Shown here: in pieces, positions 51,222-60,778 of the stretch
Layout: each line of letters starts with the position of its first letter
Numbering within the stretch: the stretch's first letter is position 1
Notes under the pieces: model-generated
Seen by the model: only the letters and a program-made list of their open reading frames with translations
What the model was told of the DNA's origin: nothing
The model's database searches: none
Translations under genes and position numbers: made by a program
Source of the DNA: an uncultured Verrucomicrobiae bacterium
Lineage (GTDB): Bacteria; Verrucomicrobiota; Verrucomicrobiia; Chthoniobacterales; JAFAMB01
Length of the DNA stretch: 64,000 nt
Reading direction: 5' to 3'
NCBI GenBank assembly: GCA_963837955.1
Contig: CAWIPH010000001.1
Coordinates: 96,001 to 160,000, forward strand

Positions 51222-51878
51222 TTAGCTCTCCGTCAATCTGGTAGACACCGTAAACGGCGCCCCTTTGGACACAACAACATTAGCCGGTCGAATCAACCGC
51301 TCCCGAAGCTTATAACCTTTGCGAAGCTGCCGAATAACCACACCCTCCGGCACGTGGTCACTCGCTTCCTGAGCAATCGCCTCATGCAATTGGGGATCGA
51401 ACTGCTGACCGGTAGCATCGATCACTTCGATACCAGCGGAGGATAGAAAGTCCTGAAACTGTTTTTGCACCATCGTCATTCCGTCGAGGATCGAATCGGG
51501 ATTCGACCCGTTGCGAGCGGCTTGCAAGCCGAATTCAAAGTTATCAAGGATCGGAATTAAGCGTTCGAGGAAACCACTATTGGCAAATTTGATCGCTTCT
51601 TCTCGTTCCTTGGTCATCCTTTTTCGATAGTTGTCCAAGTCAGCAGTTGAGCGGAGGGCCAAGTCGCGAAACTTATTCAGTTCCGCCGCGGTTTCGGCCA
51701 ACTGGGTCTGAAGCGCAGCAATTTTACCCTCGCAAACAGCTCCCGGTTTCTGCGATCCACTCTCGTACTCATTCTCGGCAGCCTGCGATTCATCCGCCGA
51801 GGAGTGCGTCGTATGAGAAGCATCGTCAGGCTTCGGCATGTTTTTTTCTCTTCCGAATGGATTAGTTGAATCACTCAT
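51222..51878 (-). CDS. grpE: Nucleotide exchange factor GrpE
   Basis: [31 protein letters not shown]. Confidence 0.95.
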   Translation of the reverse strand: MSDSTNPFGREKNMPKPDDASHTTHSSADESQAAENEYESGSQKPGAVCEGKIAALQTQLAETAAELNKFRDLALRSTADLDNYRKRMTKEREEAIKFANSGFLERLIPILDNFEFGLQAARNGSNPDSILDGMTMVQKQFQDFLSSAGIEVIDATGQQFDPQLHEAIAQEASDHVPEGVVIRQLRKGYKLRERLIRPANVVVSKGAPFTVSTRLTES

Positions 51879-53311
51879 AGTTTACGAATAGCAACGAGGG
51901 TGATGTCGTCGGTCTGGGGTTGATTGCCCACAAAAGCTTTAACACTCTCCGTGACGCGGGTGACAATCGTGGCCGCGCTCTCGCCGACGCCCGCTTGTAT
52001 TACTTCGATCAACCTTCCAATCCCAAATTCTGACCCATTTAAGTCTAACGCTTCGGTCACACCATCTGTGTAGAGGATAAGACAATCCCCTGGGTCGAGG
52101 TGGACCTTAAAATCGACCGTAACCCTATCGAATACGTTTCCGCTGTCAATTCCGAGCGCCATGCCAGGAGGATTCACCTTCGTCACCGACCGATCCGCCG
52201 CGTGAAAAAGAAGGGGCGCGTCATGACCAGCTCGAGCCAGCATCAATGTATCACTAGACTTTTGGATAACCAAATAGGCCATACTGATAAACATATCTTC
52301 TCTGATATCGGGATAGAGCTGGCGGTTAACTTGACGAAGCACACCCGCAGCAGATTCCCCAGTGCGGGCTACTGACCGAAGAACACTGCGACACATGGCC
52401 ATAATCAAAGAGGCAGGAACTCCTTTGCCGGAAACATCAGCAATGACGATCCCCCAGCGATCTTCGTCGATGGGTATATAGTCATAATAATCGCCGCTGA
52501 CATGGCTGGCCGGAATATTGGTTCCGGCAATCTCAAATCCAGGAATTTGCGCGGCGGCCGCCGGCAGGAGAATGCGTTGAATATCGCGCGCAACATCCAG
52601 ATCGCGTTCCATCCGCCGTTTTTCGGCGGCCTCCGAGTAGACCGTTGCGTTATATAACGCAAAGGCCGATTGCTCAACGATGGACTGAAAAACCACGAAA
52701 TCGGGCGGTGAGAAAGGAGTACTCATCGGTCCATTTGCCACGGCCAGTACGCCCAGGTTTTGGCGGGCATAGATGAGAGGTGCAACCATCACCGAGTCGA
52801 TTTGCAGCGCACTCTCTTTCAAATGCACCAAACGCCCATTATCATCGCGACTCGATAGAAATACGGGTTCCCGTTTCTCCCAAACCATGCCGATCAATCC
52901 CTCGTCCGGTTTGACGGTGTGCAGACGCAAAAAACTTTCTAAAACCATCGGGTTTGTCACACTCTGCTGGAGAATTTGCCGCGGAACATCTACGAGCGGC
53001 GGACAACCCTTGGACAGAAAAGCTGGAAGCAACATTTTGCCGGAGCGATCGGCTATATAGAGAGCACCACCGTGCGCATCTAAAATGCGCATTGCGCCCT
53101 CGACCATCAGTCGATACAAGTCCGCGACTCGAATATCTCCGGTGAAGGTTTCTCCCAATCCATGGAGAAAATCAAAAACCCGGCTCTCTTCGAGCTGTAG
53201 TTCTTCGCGGGCCCGCTTAAGGTCCTCGATCATTCTGGTTTGCTTACGCACCAAAAGACCAAAGAAAACGACGGCGACGATTAGCAGTCCTATGAGCAGG
53301 ACACTGAGCAT
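51875..53311 (-). CDS. Membrane-anchored GAF + PP2C (SpoIIE/RsbU-like) phosphatase
   Basis: N-terminal TM, GAF, VSGDYYD, IADVSGKG, AGH, YTDGVTEA, DDIT. Confidence 0.9.
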   Translation of the reverse strand: MLSVLLIGLLIVAVVFFGLLVRKQTRMIEDLKRAREELQLEESRVFDFLHGLGETFTGDIRVADLYRLMVEGAMRILDAHGGALYIADRSGKMLLPAFLSKGCPPLVDVPRQILQQSVTNPMVLESFLRLHTVKPDEGLIGMVWEKREPVFLSSRDDNGRLVHLKESALQIDSVMVAPLIYARQNLGVLAVANGPMSTPFSPPDFVVFQSIVEQSAFALYNATVYSEAAEKRRMERDLDVARDIQRILLPAAAAQIPGFEIAGTNIPASHVSGDYYDYIPIDEDRWGIVIADVSGKGVPASLIMAMCRSVLRSVARTGESAAGVLRQVNRQLYPDIREDMFISMAYLVIQKSSDTLMLARAGHDAPLLFHAADRSVTKVNPPGMALGIDSGNVFDRVTVDFKVHLDPGDCLILYTDGVTEALDLNGSEFGIGRLIEVIQAGVGESAATIVTRVTESVKAFVGNQPQTDDITLVAIRKL

Positions 53312-53320
53312 GGACCAGCG

Positions 53321-53851
53321 CTACTTGGATGCCCCCGCACGCAGGTCCTGTTTCAAGTACTCAAGGACATCCTTAAATCGTGCGAAGTTTTCCGGGTCTG
53401 CATCGACCAAGGCTTCGTGCGCCTCGATCATACAGGCAGCGTGATCCAGTCGGCTGAGATTACTTTCGGAGGAGAGAGTCGAATCCGCAGCAGCACCCGT
53501 CTGATCGGTCGAATCCGCCTTCGATTCAACCGCAAACAGGTTATTTAGTCCAAGGTTCCGAAGTAAATCAGCGTTGCGCTCGTTTACGTTAAAAACTAAC
53601 AGGGAACCGCTGCCGACTTCTCGCAATCGCAGAGCGAGGCCCGCCAAAGTCCCCATGAACGTAGAATCCATTACCGGACATTCCTCCAGATCGATCAAAA
53701 ATGCGCGGTGGCCGCGCTCGAACATCTCTCTGGCAAATTCCTTCAGGGCAGGACTATTTTGAAAAGAGCCCTTCCCTTTAACCTTCACACAAACGGCTTT
53801 TCCGGTAACCCCTACCAGTATGGAAGCTGGTAAACTCACAAACTTACTCAC
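53321..53851 (-). CDS. STAS domain anti-anti-sigma factor-like protein
   Basis: IDLEECPVMDSTFMGTL; C-terminal EAHEAL..N..FKDV extension. Confidence 0.85.
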   Translation of the reverse strand: MSKFVSLPASILVGVTGKAVCVKVKGKGSFQNSPALKEFAREMFERGHRAFLIDLEECPVMDSTFMGTLAGLALRLREVGSGSLLVFNVNERNADLLRNLGLNNLFAVESKADSTDQTGAAADSTLSSESNLSRLDHAACMIEAHEALVDADPENFARFKDVLEYLKQDLRAGASK

Positions 53852-53900
53852 TATACCTAGTTTGATCTTTTGCTGTCAAATACTCGGACTGAGAACTTGT

Positions 53901-54425
53901 CTATTGCCATACTCTCGACTGGAGCAAGGCCACAATCACTCCGTCTTCAATGAGGACTGCCCGCCATGACGTGATCGGGCCATCTCGTGAATAATCGTCG
54001 CCCACGATGGCAAACTCGGAGGTGTAGTTGCCATGCGCGGCCGGGTAATAGCGTTCTCGGGCCTGGACGTAATTTTTCAAATTGGACTGCCGGTATTCCA
54101 TGCGAAGCGTCAGGTCAGCTGGACGTTTTGCTCTCCACATGAACGTAAAATATTGGCCGGTAAGCTGGTGATTATCTATCGCGTCGATTGCCCCCCACAC
54201 TCGACGCTTGCGCTCGAAAAGAATCGCTAATTCCCGGGTGGGAATCGGCGTGGCGCCCGGTCGGAGCGCAGCATTTCGAAAAATGTCGAATTTCCTGAAC
54301 TCAAAATCGTCGCTTAATGCTAATGGAAGAACTTTGGCCTGCGGCAGTGGAAGCGGATTTTCCGCGCAAACCGAGGCCATCGTCGCGATCAAGCCGATCG
54401 CTCCGGCAAACAATAGCCTTTTCAT
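53901..54425 (-). CDS. Hypothetical exported protein
   Basis: Signal peptide; co-oriented with downstream operon. Confidence 0.65.
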   Translation of the reverse strand: MKRLLFAGAIGLIATMASVCAENPLPLPQAKVLPLALSDDFEFRKFDIFRNAALRPGATPIPTRELAILFERKRRVWGAIDAIDNHQLTGQYFTFMWRAKRPADLTLRMEYRQSNLKNYVQARERYYPAAHGNYTSEFAIVGDDYSRDGPITSWRAVLIEDGVIVALLQSRVWQ

Positions 54426-54618
54426 ATTTGGCCCATCGCCTCCTACCTACGAGACGACGCGCTACCGTGTCAATCGGTAGTTTGGTACTGGCGAATCTGT
54501 TGGTCGCGACTTTTTACCCAGATCGACGTCGCGATCGGATGCTGGCCACGCAGGAGCCCGCCCTGGAACAAAATTTCTCAGCACCGCCTAATCAGATTTC
54601 CGCAATATATTGCACTAA

Positions 54619-57288
54619 ATGATTGCTCTCCGCTATGAACGTGGGGTCCACTTACCCTCTCTCGACCTCTGGCTGGATCCTTGGGATGAGCGGCCCACGG
54701 CCTTTGTCTCCCACGCTCACACGGATCATATCGGCAATCACCGGGAAGTAATCCTTTCCGCGGTTACCGCCAAGTTAATGACTGCCCGGTTACCGGGAGA
54801 ACGCGTCGAGCATCAACTCGATTTCAAAGTTCCTTTCTTATTCCGCAATGCGGAACTGACCTTGTATCCGGCAGGCCATATCTACGGGTCTGCTCAGGCG
54901 CACATAGCGATCGGAAATGAAACTCTGCTCTATACGGGTGACTTTAAGCTGCGGAAAGGCAAGTCGGCCGAACCAATTGAATGGCGTCAGTCTGACACCC
55001 TCATTATGGAAACGACCTACGGCCTACCGCGTTACGTCTTCCCGTCAACCGATCTGGTAGTCGGGCAGCTAGTGAAATTCTGCGCCGAGACTATCGAGGA
55101 CAACGCTACCCCGATACTATTTGGTTACTCGTTGGGGAAAGCCCAAGAGATCCTGGCTGCTCTTTATGGGTCAGGATTCCGCATTCTGCTTCACCCGAGC
55201 GTCTTTCAGATGACCAAGTTATACGAAGCGCTTCAGGACAAACTCCCCCCATATTCATTGTTCCGTCCCGACGATTTGTCCGGGAGTGTTTTCATCTGTC
55301 CGCCCAGCGCTAATCGAACAAAATTGGTTCAGAGCATAAAGTCCCGACGAACAGCCATGCTAACTGGTTGGGCTCTAAATCCCGGAGCCAACCATCGATT
55401 CCAATGTGATGCCGCATTTCCTCTTTCGGACCACGCGGACTATTCTGATCTTTTGAAATATGTCGACTTGGTTCAACCACGTCGGGTGCTTACTTTACAC
55501 GGATACGCGCGCGAATTTGCGGAGGATCTCCGCCGCCGCGGAGTGGAAGCCTGGGCGCTAGGTGAGGACAATCAGTTGGAACTTTCCATGACGCTGGCGG
55601 TTCCGGAAATGCCGGCTCCGGCTGTCTTCATCGCAGCGCAGGGCGAGAATTGTGCGTTTGCCAGATTCGTTGCGGTCTGCGAAGCGATCAGCCAAGTCAC
55701 CGGCAAGCTGCGAAAGATCGAACTTTTAGCTCAATATTTGCGCACTCTCGATCCGGAAGACTTAAGGACGGCAAGCATTTATCTGACCGGCCATCCATTC
55801 TCTCGAGCCGATGATCGAGTACTGCAAATTGGCTGGGCGGTCATACGGAAATCTCTCATGCAGGCTGCCGCCATTTCTGAGCCTGAGTTTCGCCGAATTT
55901 CAGCCGGATATGGAGACGCCGCCAAAATTGCTTACGAAGTCTTGCTCGGGAAAACGACACCGCGCCCCTTCTCGATTGGCGAAGTAAGATCCCAATTCGA
56001 GAAGATCGAGCAGGCCTCCGGACCGACCGGTAAGACAGCTCTTCTCACAGCCTGGCTAAAGGAGCTAGATGCGGCCCGAGCAAGTTACGTGATTAAAATA
56101 TTGGGCGGGGACCTGAGAATCGGACTGAAAGAAGGTTTAGTGGAAGAGAGTATTGCAGCCGCCTTTGCCGCTGAGCTGGACCAGGTACGCGAAGCTCACA
56201 TGCTGACTGGAGACCTCGGCGAAACAGCTGTTCTCGCTTTGCGGAAGTCGCTGGATTCAGCTTCGGTAAATCTGTTTCGACCGATCAAATCGATGCTGGC
56301 GATTGCGGAACCAGCTGCAGACGCGGTTGCAAAACGGCTCGGCAGCGATTTCGGCCGGGCGCATGCGTTCGCAGAACAGAAATTGGATGGAATCCGAGCT
56401 CAATTGCACGTGGGTGAGAACCGGATTCGCGTTTATAGCCGAGATCTGCGAGACATTTCCGAAGAATTTCCAGAGCTAACTCACCTAAGATTCTCGCAAC
56501 GCATTATCCTGGACGGCGAGATTTTGGCGTTCAGGAAAGAAAGGAAGCTTACTTTCTTTGATCTGCAGAGACGACTGGGCCGAAAACGACATCTCGATCT
56601 ATTTGAGACCGACGATGTGCCGATAGTGTATGTCGCTTTCGATCTGCTCTGGCTCGATGGCAAGAGCCTACTGAAAGAGCCGCTTCATTATCGACGCTCA
56701 TTACTCGAGTCGTTGGAATTGCCAGATATTGTACGCCGGTCCAACATCCGCATGATTTCTACTTCAGAGGAAGTTGAGGCCGCCTTTGTTGCATCCAGGC
56801 GAGCCGGCAACGAGGGACTGATGATAAAAGACCCCGATAGTTTATATCAGCCGGGTCGACGCGGAGGAAGTTGGATCAAGCTGAAGAAGGAATTGGCAAC
56901 TCTCGACGTCGTGGTAGTTGCGGCCGAACAAGGTCACGGTAAACGTAGCCATCTGCTAAGCGATTATACTTTCGCCGTCCGGAACGAGACCAGGAACGCT
57001 CTCGAGATTATTGGGAAAGCGTACTCTGGACTAACCGATTCCGAAATTGAGGAATTAACTGAACATTTTCGCCGGACAACGATCCGGCAGCGAGGCCGGC
57101 TCAATGAAGTAATTCCCGAAATCGTTCTCGAAGTCGCCTTTGCTTCGGTCCAGCCGAGCAGCCGCCATTCCAGCGGTCTTGCGCTCCGCTTCCCGCGAAT
57201 TAAAGCAATTCGCCGCGACAAGACGGTCGGTGAGATCGACACCGTCGAATCCGCCAAGCGACTAGTTGCTACGAGCGAAGCTTTCTAA
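54619..57288 (+). CDS. Fusion: metallo-beta-lactamase/beta-CASP nuclease + ATP-dependent DNA ligase
   Basis: SHAHTDH, AGH, YTGD, ETTYG, SDHAD; ligase KLDGIR, LDGE, AFD, EGLMIK, WIKLK, LRFPR..RRDK. Confidence 0.92.
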   Translation: MIALRYERGVHLPSLDLWLDPWDERPTAFVSHAHTDHIGNHREVILSAVTAKLMTARLPGERVEHQLDFKVPFLFRNAELTLYPAGHIYGSAQAHIAIGNETLLYTGDFKLRKGKSAEPIEWRQSDTLIMETTYGLPRYVFPSTDLVVGQLVKFCAETIEDNATPILFGYSLGKAQEILAALYGSGFRILLHPSVFQMTKLYEALQDKLPPYSLFRPDDLSGSVFICPPSANRTKLVQSIKSRRTAMLTGWALNPGANHRFQCDAAFPLSDHADYSDLLKYVDLVQPRRVLTLHGYAREFAEDLRRRGVEAWALGEDNQLELSMTLAVPEMPAPAVFIAAQGENCAFARFVAVCEAISQVTGKLRKIELLAQYLRTLDPEDLRTASIYLTGHPFSRADDRVLQIGWAVIRKSLMQAAAISEPEFRRISAGYGDAAKIAYEVLLGKTTPRPFSIGEVRSQFEKIEQASGPTGKTALLTAWLKELDAARASYVIKILGGDLRIGLKEGLVEESIAAAFAAELDQVREAHMLTGDLGETAVLALRKSLDSASVNLFRPIKSMLAIAEPAADAVAKRLGSDFGRAHAFAEQKLDGIRAQLHVGENRIRVYSRDLRDISEEFPELTHLRFSQRIILDGEILAFRKERKLTFFDLQRRLGRKRHLDLFETDDVPIVYVAFDLLWLDGKSLLKEPLHYRRSLLESLELPDIVRRSNIRMISTSEEVEAAFVASRRAGNEGLMIKDPDSLYQPGRRGGSWIKLKKELATLDVVVVAAEQGHGKRSHLLSDYTFAVRNETRNALEIIGKAYSGLTDSEIEELTEHFRRTTIRQRGRLNEVIPEIVLEVAFASVQPSSRHSSGLALRFPRIKAIRRDKTVGEIDTVESAKRLVATSEAF

Positions 57289-57300
57289 CGCACTAACTAG

Positions 57301-57723
57301 TTATTCCGGGGCAAATTGGCCCGGACCAACCTGTCGCACGCCCTTCAGTCGATAAATTCGGGCGAATAGATTTTTTTTCGGTTCTGGAGAATTAAATTTA
57401 TATCCGTTTTTCATGAGGCCATCCAAGATGTCAGATACGCCCATCGGACCGCTACGTGATTTCAGCACGCGTACAACGGCCGGCGCTAAAGGCCCACTCG
57501 GGGAAGTCGATCGACGACCGCGACCTCTGCCGTTTAACGCTGGCGATCCAGATCGGCGTCCTCGACCCGTCGCACGACTAGCTTTTCTCGCGACCGGAGC
57601 ATGAGGAACAACGGCGGTAAACTCTTCTTTGGTTTCCAGCACTCGATCCAGTTCCGATTGCAGTCGTTCGATTCTCTCCTGAATCTCGGCGGCCTTTCTT
57701 AAGGTAGAGGAAGTTAATTTCAC
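57301..57723 (-). CDS. Small basic DNA-binding protein (coiled coil, RGR linker, winged helix)
   Basis: AAEIQERIERLQSELDRVL; GRGRR twice; PMGVSDILDGLMKNGY. Confidence 0.65.
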   Translation of the reverse strand: MKLTSSTLRKAAEIQERIERLQSELDRVLETKEEFTAVVPHAPVARKASRATGRGRRSGSPALNGRGRGRRSTSPSGPLAPAVVRVLKSRSGPMGVSDILDGLMKNGYKFNSPEPKKNLFARIYRLKGVRQVGPGQFAPE

Positions 57724-57960
57724 AGCGTAGAAACTATTCCCTGTTCTTTTGATTGCAAGGGACTTTAGCTAACTCACTGCCTACTACGAAGGAGTTAACT
57801 AGGGAACAAGGCCCCGCCAACCGGGTTCGGCCAATCAATGGATCGGATAGTAGGGCCATCGATCAGTTGTCACGGATGCCCCCCCAATTGCTGACAATAA
57901 GGAGGGAAAGCGATTTCTTCTCGTTGACTCTCTCTGAGGGTTGTCTCTTAAGTGATGTCA

Positions 57961-59079
57961 ATGTGCAATGAGGCGATCGCATTCGCTCCCGGACGAGTCG
58001 AACTACTTGGCAACCATACTGACTACAATCAAGGCCTGGTGCTCTCGGCCGCTATCCATCTGGGGGTAACGGTTCGCGCCAGCAGAAACAATTCTCCGCG
58101 CATCACGATAAGCTCCGCCACAAACGGGCGCCGTACAGAAATCGATATTCGAAACATTCAGCCTCTTCGTTCTGAACCCTGGGCAAACTATCCTCTTGGC
58201 GTCATTCGATTGTTGAGGGAGGGAGGCTTTCCTCTCGATGGAACTGCCATCGCGATCGATAGTAACCTGCCACTGGGCGCTGGTCTCTCCAGTTCAGCTG
58301 CCTTGGAGGTCGCTACTGCTTTCGCTCTTCGCGAACTCTATCAACTCCAGATCGGTCCCATGCAAATTGCCAAGCTGTGCCAACGCGCCGAAAATGAGTT
58401 CGTTGGCGTGCAGTGCGGGCTCTTGGACCAGGCGTCTTCGGTGTTCGGCCAAGCCGGTAAAGCAATACTTTTAGATTTTCGCTCGGTCACTGCTGAGCCA
58501 GTTACGTTACCGGCTGAAGCGGCCATTCTGCTGTTGGAGTCGGGCGTACCCCACGCCTTGACCGGTGGAGAGTACAACGAACGCCGCGAACAATGCGCGA
58601 GAGCAGCGGCCGCGCTCGGCGTTAGTGCTCTGCGTGAAACCACAACTGCTGCGGTGCAGGCCGGAGAGATGGATCCTTTGGTGAAGCGACGCGCCTTACA
58701 TATCACCGGAGAAAACGAGCGTGTGACGCTAGGGATTGCGGCGCTCCGCAACGGCGATTTGCAGGCGTTCGGCAAGCTCATGTTCGAATCCCACCGAAGC
58801 TCTCGGGATAATTTTCAAAACAGCACGCCCGCTTTGGATTGTCTGGTAGCAATCGCTGAACAGACGCCCGGTGTTTATGGATCCAGGCTGACCGGCGGTG
58901 GTTTTGGCGGATCGACTGTTTCATTGATTAGCCGAGATCGGGCCGGAGAAATTAGTAAGTCGATTACCGAGCAATACTTTGGACGAACCGGTGTAAGCTC
59001 CACCGCTATGCTTACATTTCCGTCGAAAGGAGCCGGCATTGTCGCCTCAAGCTCGAAGGAAATGACAAATAGCAAATAG
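57961..59079 (+). CDS. galK: Galactokinase
   Basis: APGRVELLGNHTDYN, GAGLSSSAA, CGLLDQ, GSRLTGGGFGG. Confidence 0.92.
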   Translation: MCNEAIAFAPGRVELLGNHTDYNQGLVLSAAIHLGVTVRASRNNSPRITISSATNGRRTEIDIRNIQPLRSEPWANYPLGVIRLLREGGFPLDGTAIAIDSNLPLGAGLSSSAALEVATAFALRELYQLQIGPMQIAKLCQRAENEFVGVQCGLLDQASSVFGQAGKAILLDFRSVTAEPVTLPAEAAILLLESGVPHALTGGEYNERREQCARAAAALGVSALRETTTAAVQAGEMDPLVKRRALHITGENERVTLGIAALRNGDLQAFGKLMFESHRSSRDNFQNSTPALDCLVAIAEQTPGVYGSRLTGGGFGGSTVSLISRDRAGEISKSITEQYFGRTGVSSTAMLTFPSKGAGIVASSSKEMTNSK

Positions 59080-59149
59080 CAAATTCCCGCTCAGCCGTTC
59101 CGGACGCTCGCACCTCTCACCAATCGCCAATCACTTCTCACCGAGCGCC
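59061..59149. repeat. Two short 7-mer arrays at the galK end
   Basis: aatgaca aatagca aatagca; tctcacc aatcgcc aatcact tctcacc. Confidence 0.6.
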
Positions 59150-59222
59150 GGTCCCGACGTTCGTCGTCTGGGAATAAAATTTGCGTTGGGCAACGCAAAT
59201 TTTGGGTTAGGGTCTTGCAGCG

Positions 59223-60158
59223 ATGGAAAAAAGTGTCACTCCTTTGCTGACTGAGCTGCTTGAGTCCTACCGAAGAATCGGGGGCATCAACAATATTGAT
59301 GGTTCCAATCTCCCTTCGAAAAGAGCCGTTGCTCAAATCTGTGACGATCTCCTCCAGATCCTATTCCCAGGGTTTCATGACGAAGAACCGATTCATAGCG
59401 AGGACGTAGAAAAGATTACTTTCGCTCGCGTCCTGAGCGTTGCGGATCGGATGCAGGCCGAAGCCTTCAAAAGCCTGAGAATTCAAGAACCGCAATGCCC
59501 GGAGAAGCGAGCCGAAGCAATCGCACTTCACCTCATCCGCTGTATCCCGAAAATTCGCTTAGCCTTGCGTACGGACGTGGAAGCGGCCTATGAAGGCGAC
59601 CCGGCTAGCAAGAGCTACGAAGAAATCATCGTCAGCTATCCCTGCGTTGAAGCGATCGCCATTCAGCGCATCGCCCACGCCTTGTACTTGCTAGATTTGC
59701 CGTTGCTCCCGCGGATTATGACCGAGTGGGCCCACAGCCGGACTGGAATCGATATTCATCCCGGCGCGCAGATCGGGGATTACTTCTTTATCGATCATGG
59801 AACCGGAGTCGTGATTGGAGAAACCTGTGTGATTGGGGATCACGTGAAGCTCTATCAAGGTGTTACGCTAGGAGCGCGTAGCTTTCAGAAGGACACTGAA
59901 GGCCGGATCAAGAAGGGCGGCAAACGCCATCCTAACGTCGAGGATTGGGTCACGATCTATCAAAATTCTACTATTCTCGGAGGGGAGACAACGATCGGAG
60001 CGCGCAGCACGATCGGAGCGAACGTCTTCCTGATGGAGAGCGTGCCGCCAAACTCGTTGGTGACTAATGAGAAATCGCAGATCAAGATTGTCGCTAAGCG
60101 GGACCGAACCCAACCGCGTGATGGGGCGAAAGACCTACGGCCGGACTACGAGATCTGA
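59223..60158 (+). CDS. cysE: Serine O-acetyltransferase
   Basis: GDPA, TGIDIHPGA, FIDHGTGVVIGET, KRHP. Confidence 0.92.
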   Translation: MEKSVTPLLTELLESYRRIGGINNIDGSNLPSKRAVAQICDDLLQILFPGFHDEEPIHSEDVEKITFARVLSVADRMQAEAFKSLRIQEPQCPEKRAEAIALHLIRCIPKIRLALRTDVEAAYEGDPASKSYEEIIVSYPCVEAIAIQRIAHALYLLDLPLLPRIMTEWAHSRTGIDIHPGAQIGDYFFIDHGTGVVIGETCVIGDHVKLYQGVTLGARSFQKDTEGRIKKGGKRHPNVEDWVTIYQNSTILGGETTIGARSTIGANVFLMESVPPNSLVTNEKSQIKIVAKRDRTQPRDGAKDLRPDYEI

Positions 60159-60160
60159 TT

Positions 60161-60302
60161 AACGCCGGGATCGCCGAGAGGGCCGGGAACTCCTGCAGTT
60201 GCGAGCAGACGGGTCGTTAAGCGAATTTTGCGCGTATCCTCATGGATTGAGAAATAGGCTGTCCTTTAGACAGTTCTCGGCGTTTCCGGCGTTCTCGGCG
60301 TT
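60161..60302. repeat. Inverted pair of 9-mer arrays without enclosed gene
   Basis: aacgccgggatcgccgagagggccgggaa ... ttctcggcgtttccggcgttctcggcgtt. Confidence 0.72.
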
Positions 60303-60305
60303 GAC

Positions 60306-60602
60306 TCAATAGAGCTGCTCTTCATGCAGCCCGGAGTCTTCCCGAATCGAGCGGAGGCGTCGGCGAACCCCTAACTTGGAACGGGGTCCGTTGATTAGGT
60401 CGACGATTACTCCGCCTACAGCGGGAACAAACGTGGCAATGGCTACGGCCATTAGCCCGAGCGCTACCGTGTTTTGATTTTTCTTGTCCAGTTTGCTGCC
60501 CAAGAGAATCCCGAAACCACAAGCGATCGTGGCTTGCGACACGCTCAAGAGAGTTGCCGAGGTGAGTGACAAAGTTAGAGTCTTATCGTGCTCGGTCGTC
60601 AT
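60306..60602 (-). CDS. Hypothetical small membrane protein
   Basis: Two hydrophobic segments, basic tail. Confidence 0.6.
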   Translation of the reverse strand: MTTEHDKTLTLSLTSATLLSVSQATIACGFGILLGSKLDKKNQNTVALGLMAVAIATFVPAVGGVIVDLINGPRSKLGVRRRLRSIREDSGLHEEQLY

Positions 60603-60778
60603 ACAAATTCTCGATCAAATAGAATGGGCCTTTACATTTAGCAAAACGACTCGAATGATCGAGTCCAAGCCAGTAAATTTATCGTCAACACTTTATTCTC
60701 TAGGAATGCTCGGGATGTATATTAGAGAAAATTTCAAAAAGGGATTACTGAGCCAATAGTTCAGGCGAGTTTTACGCA

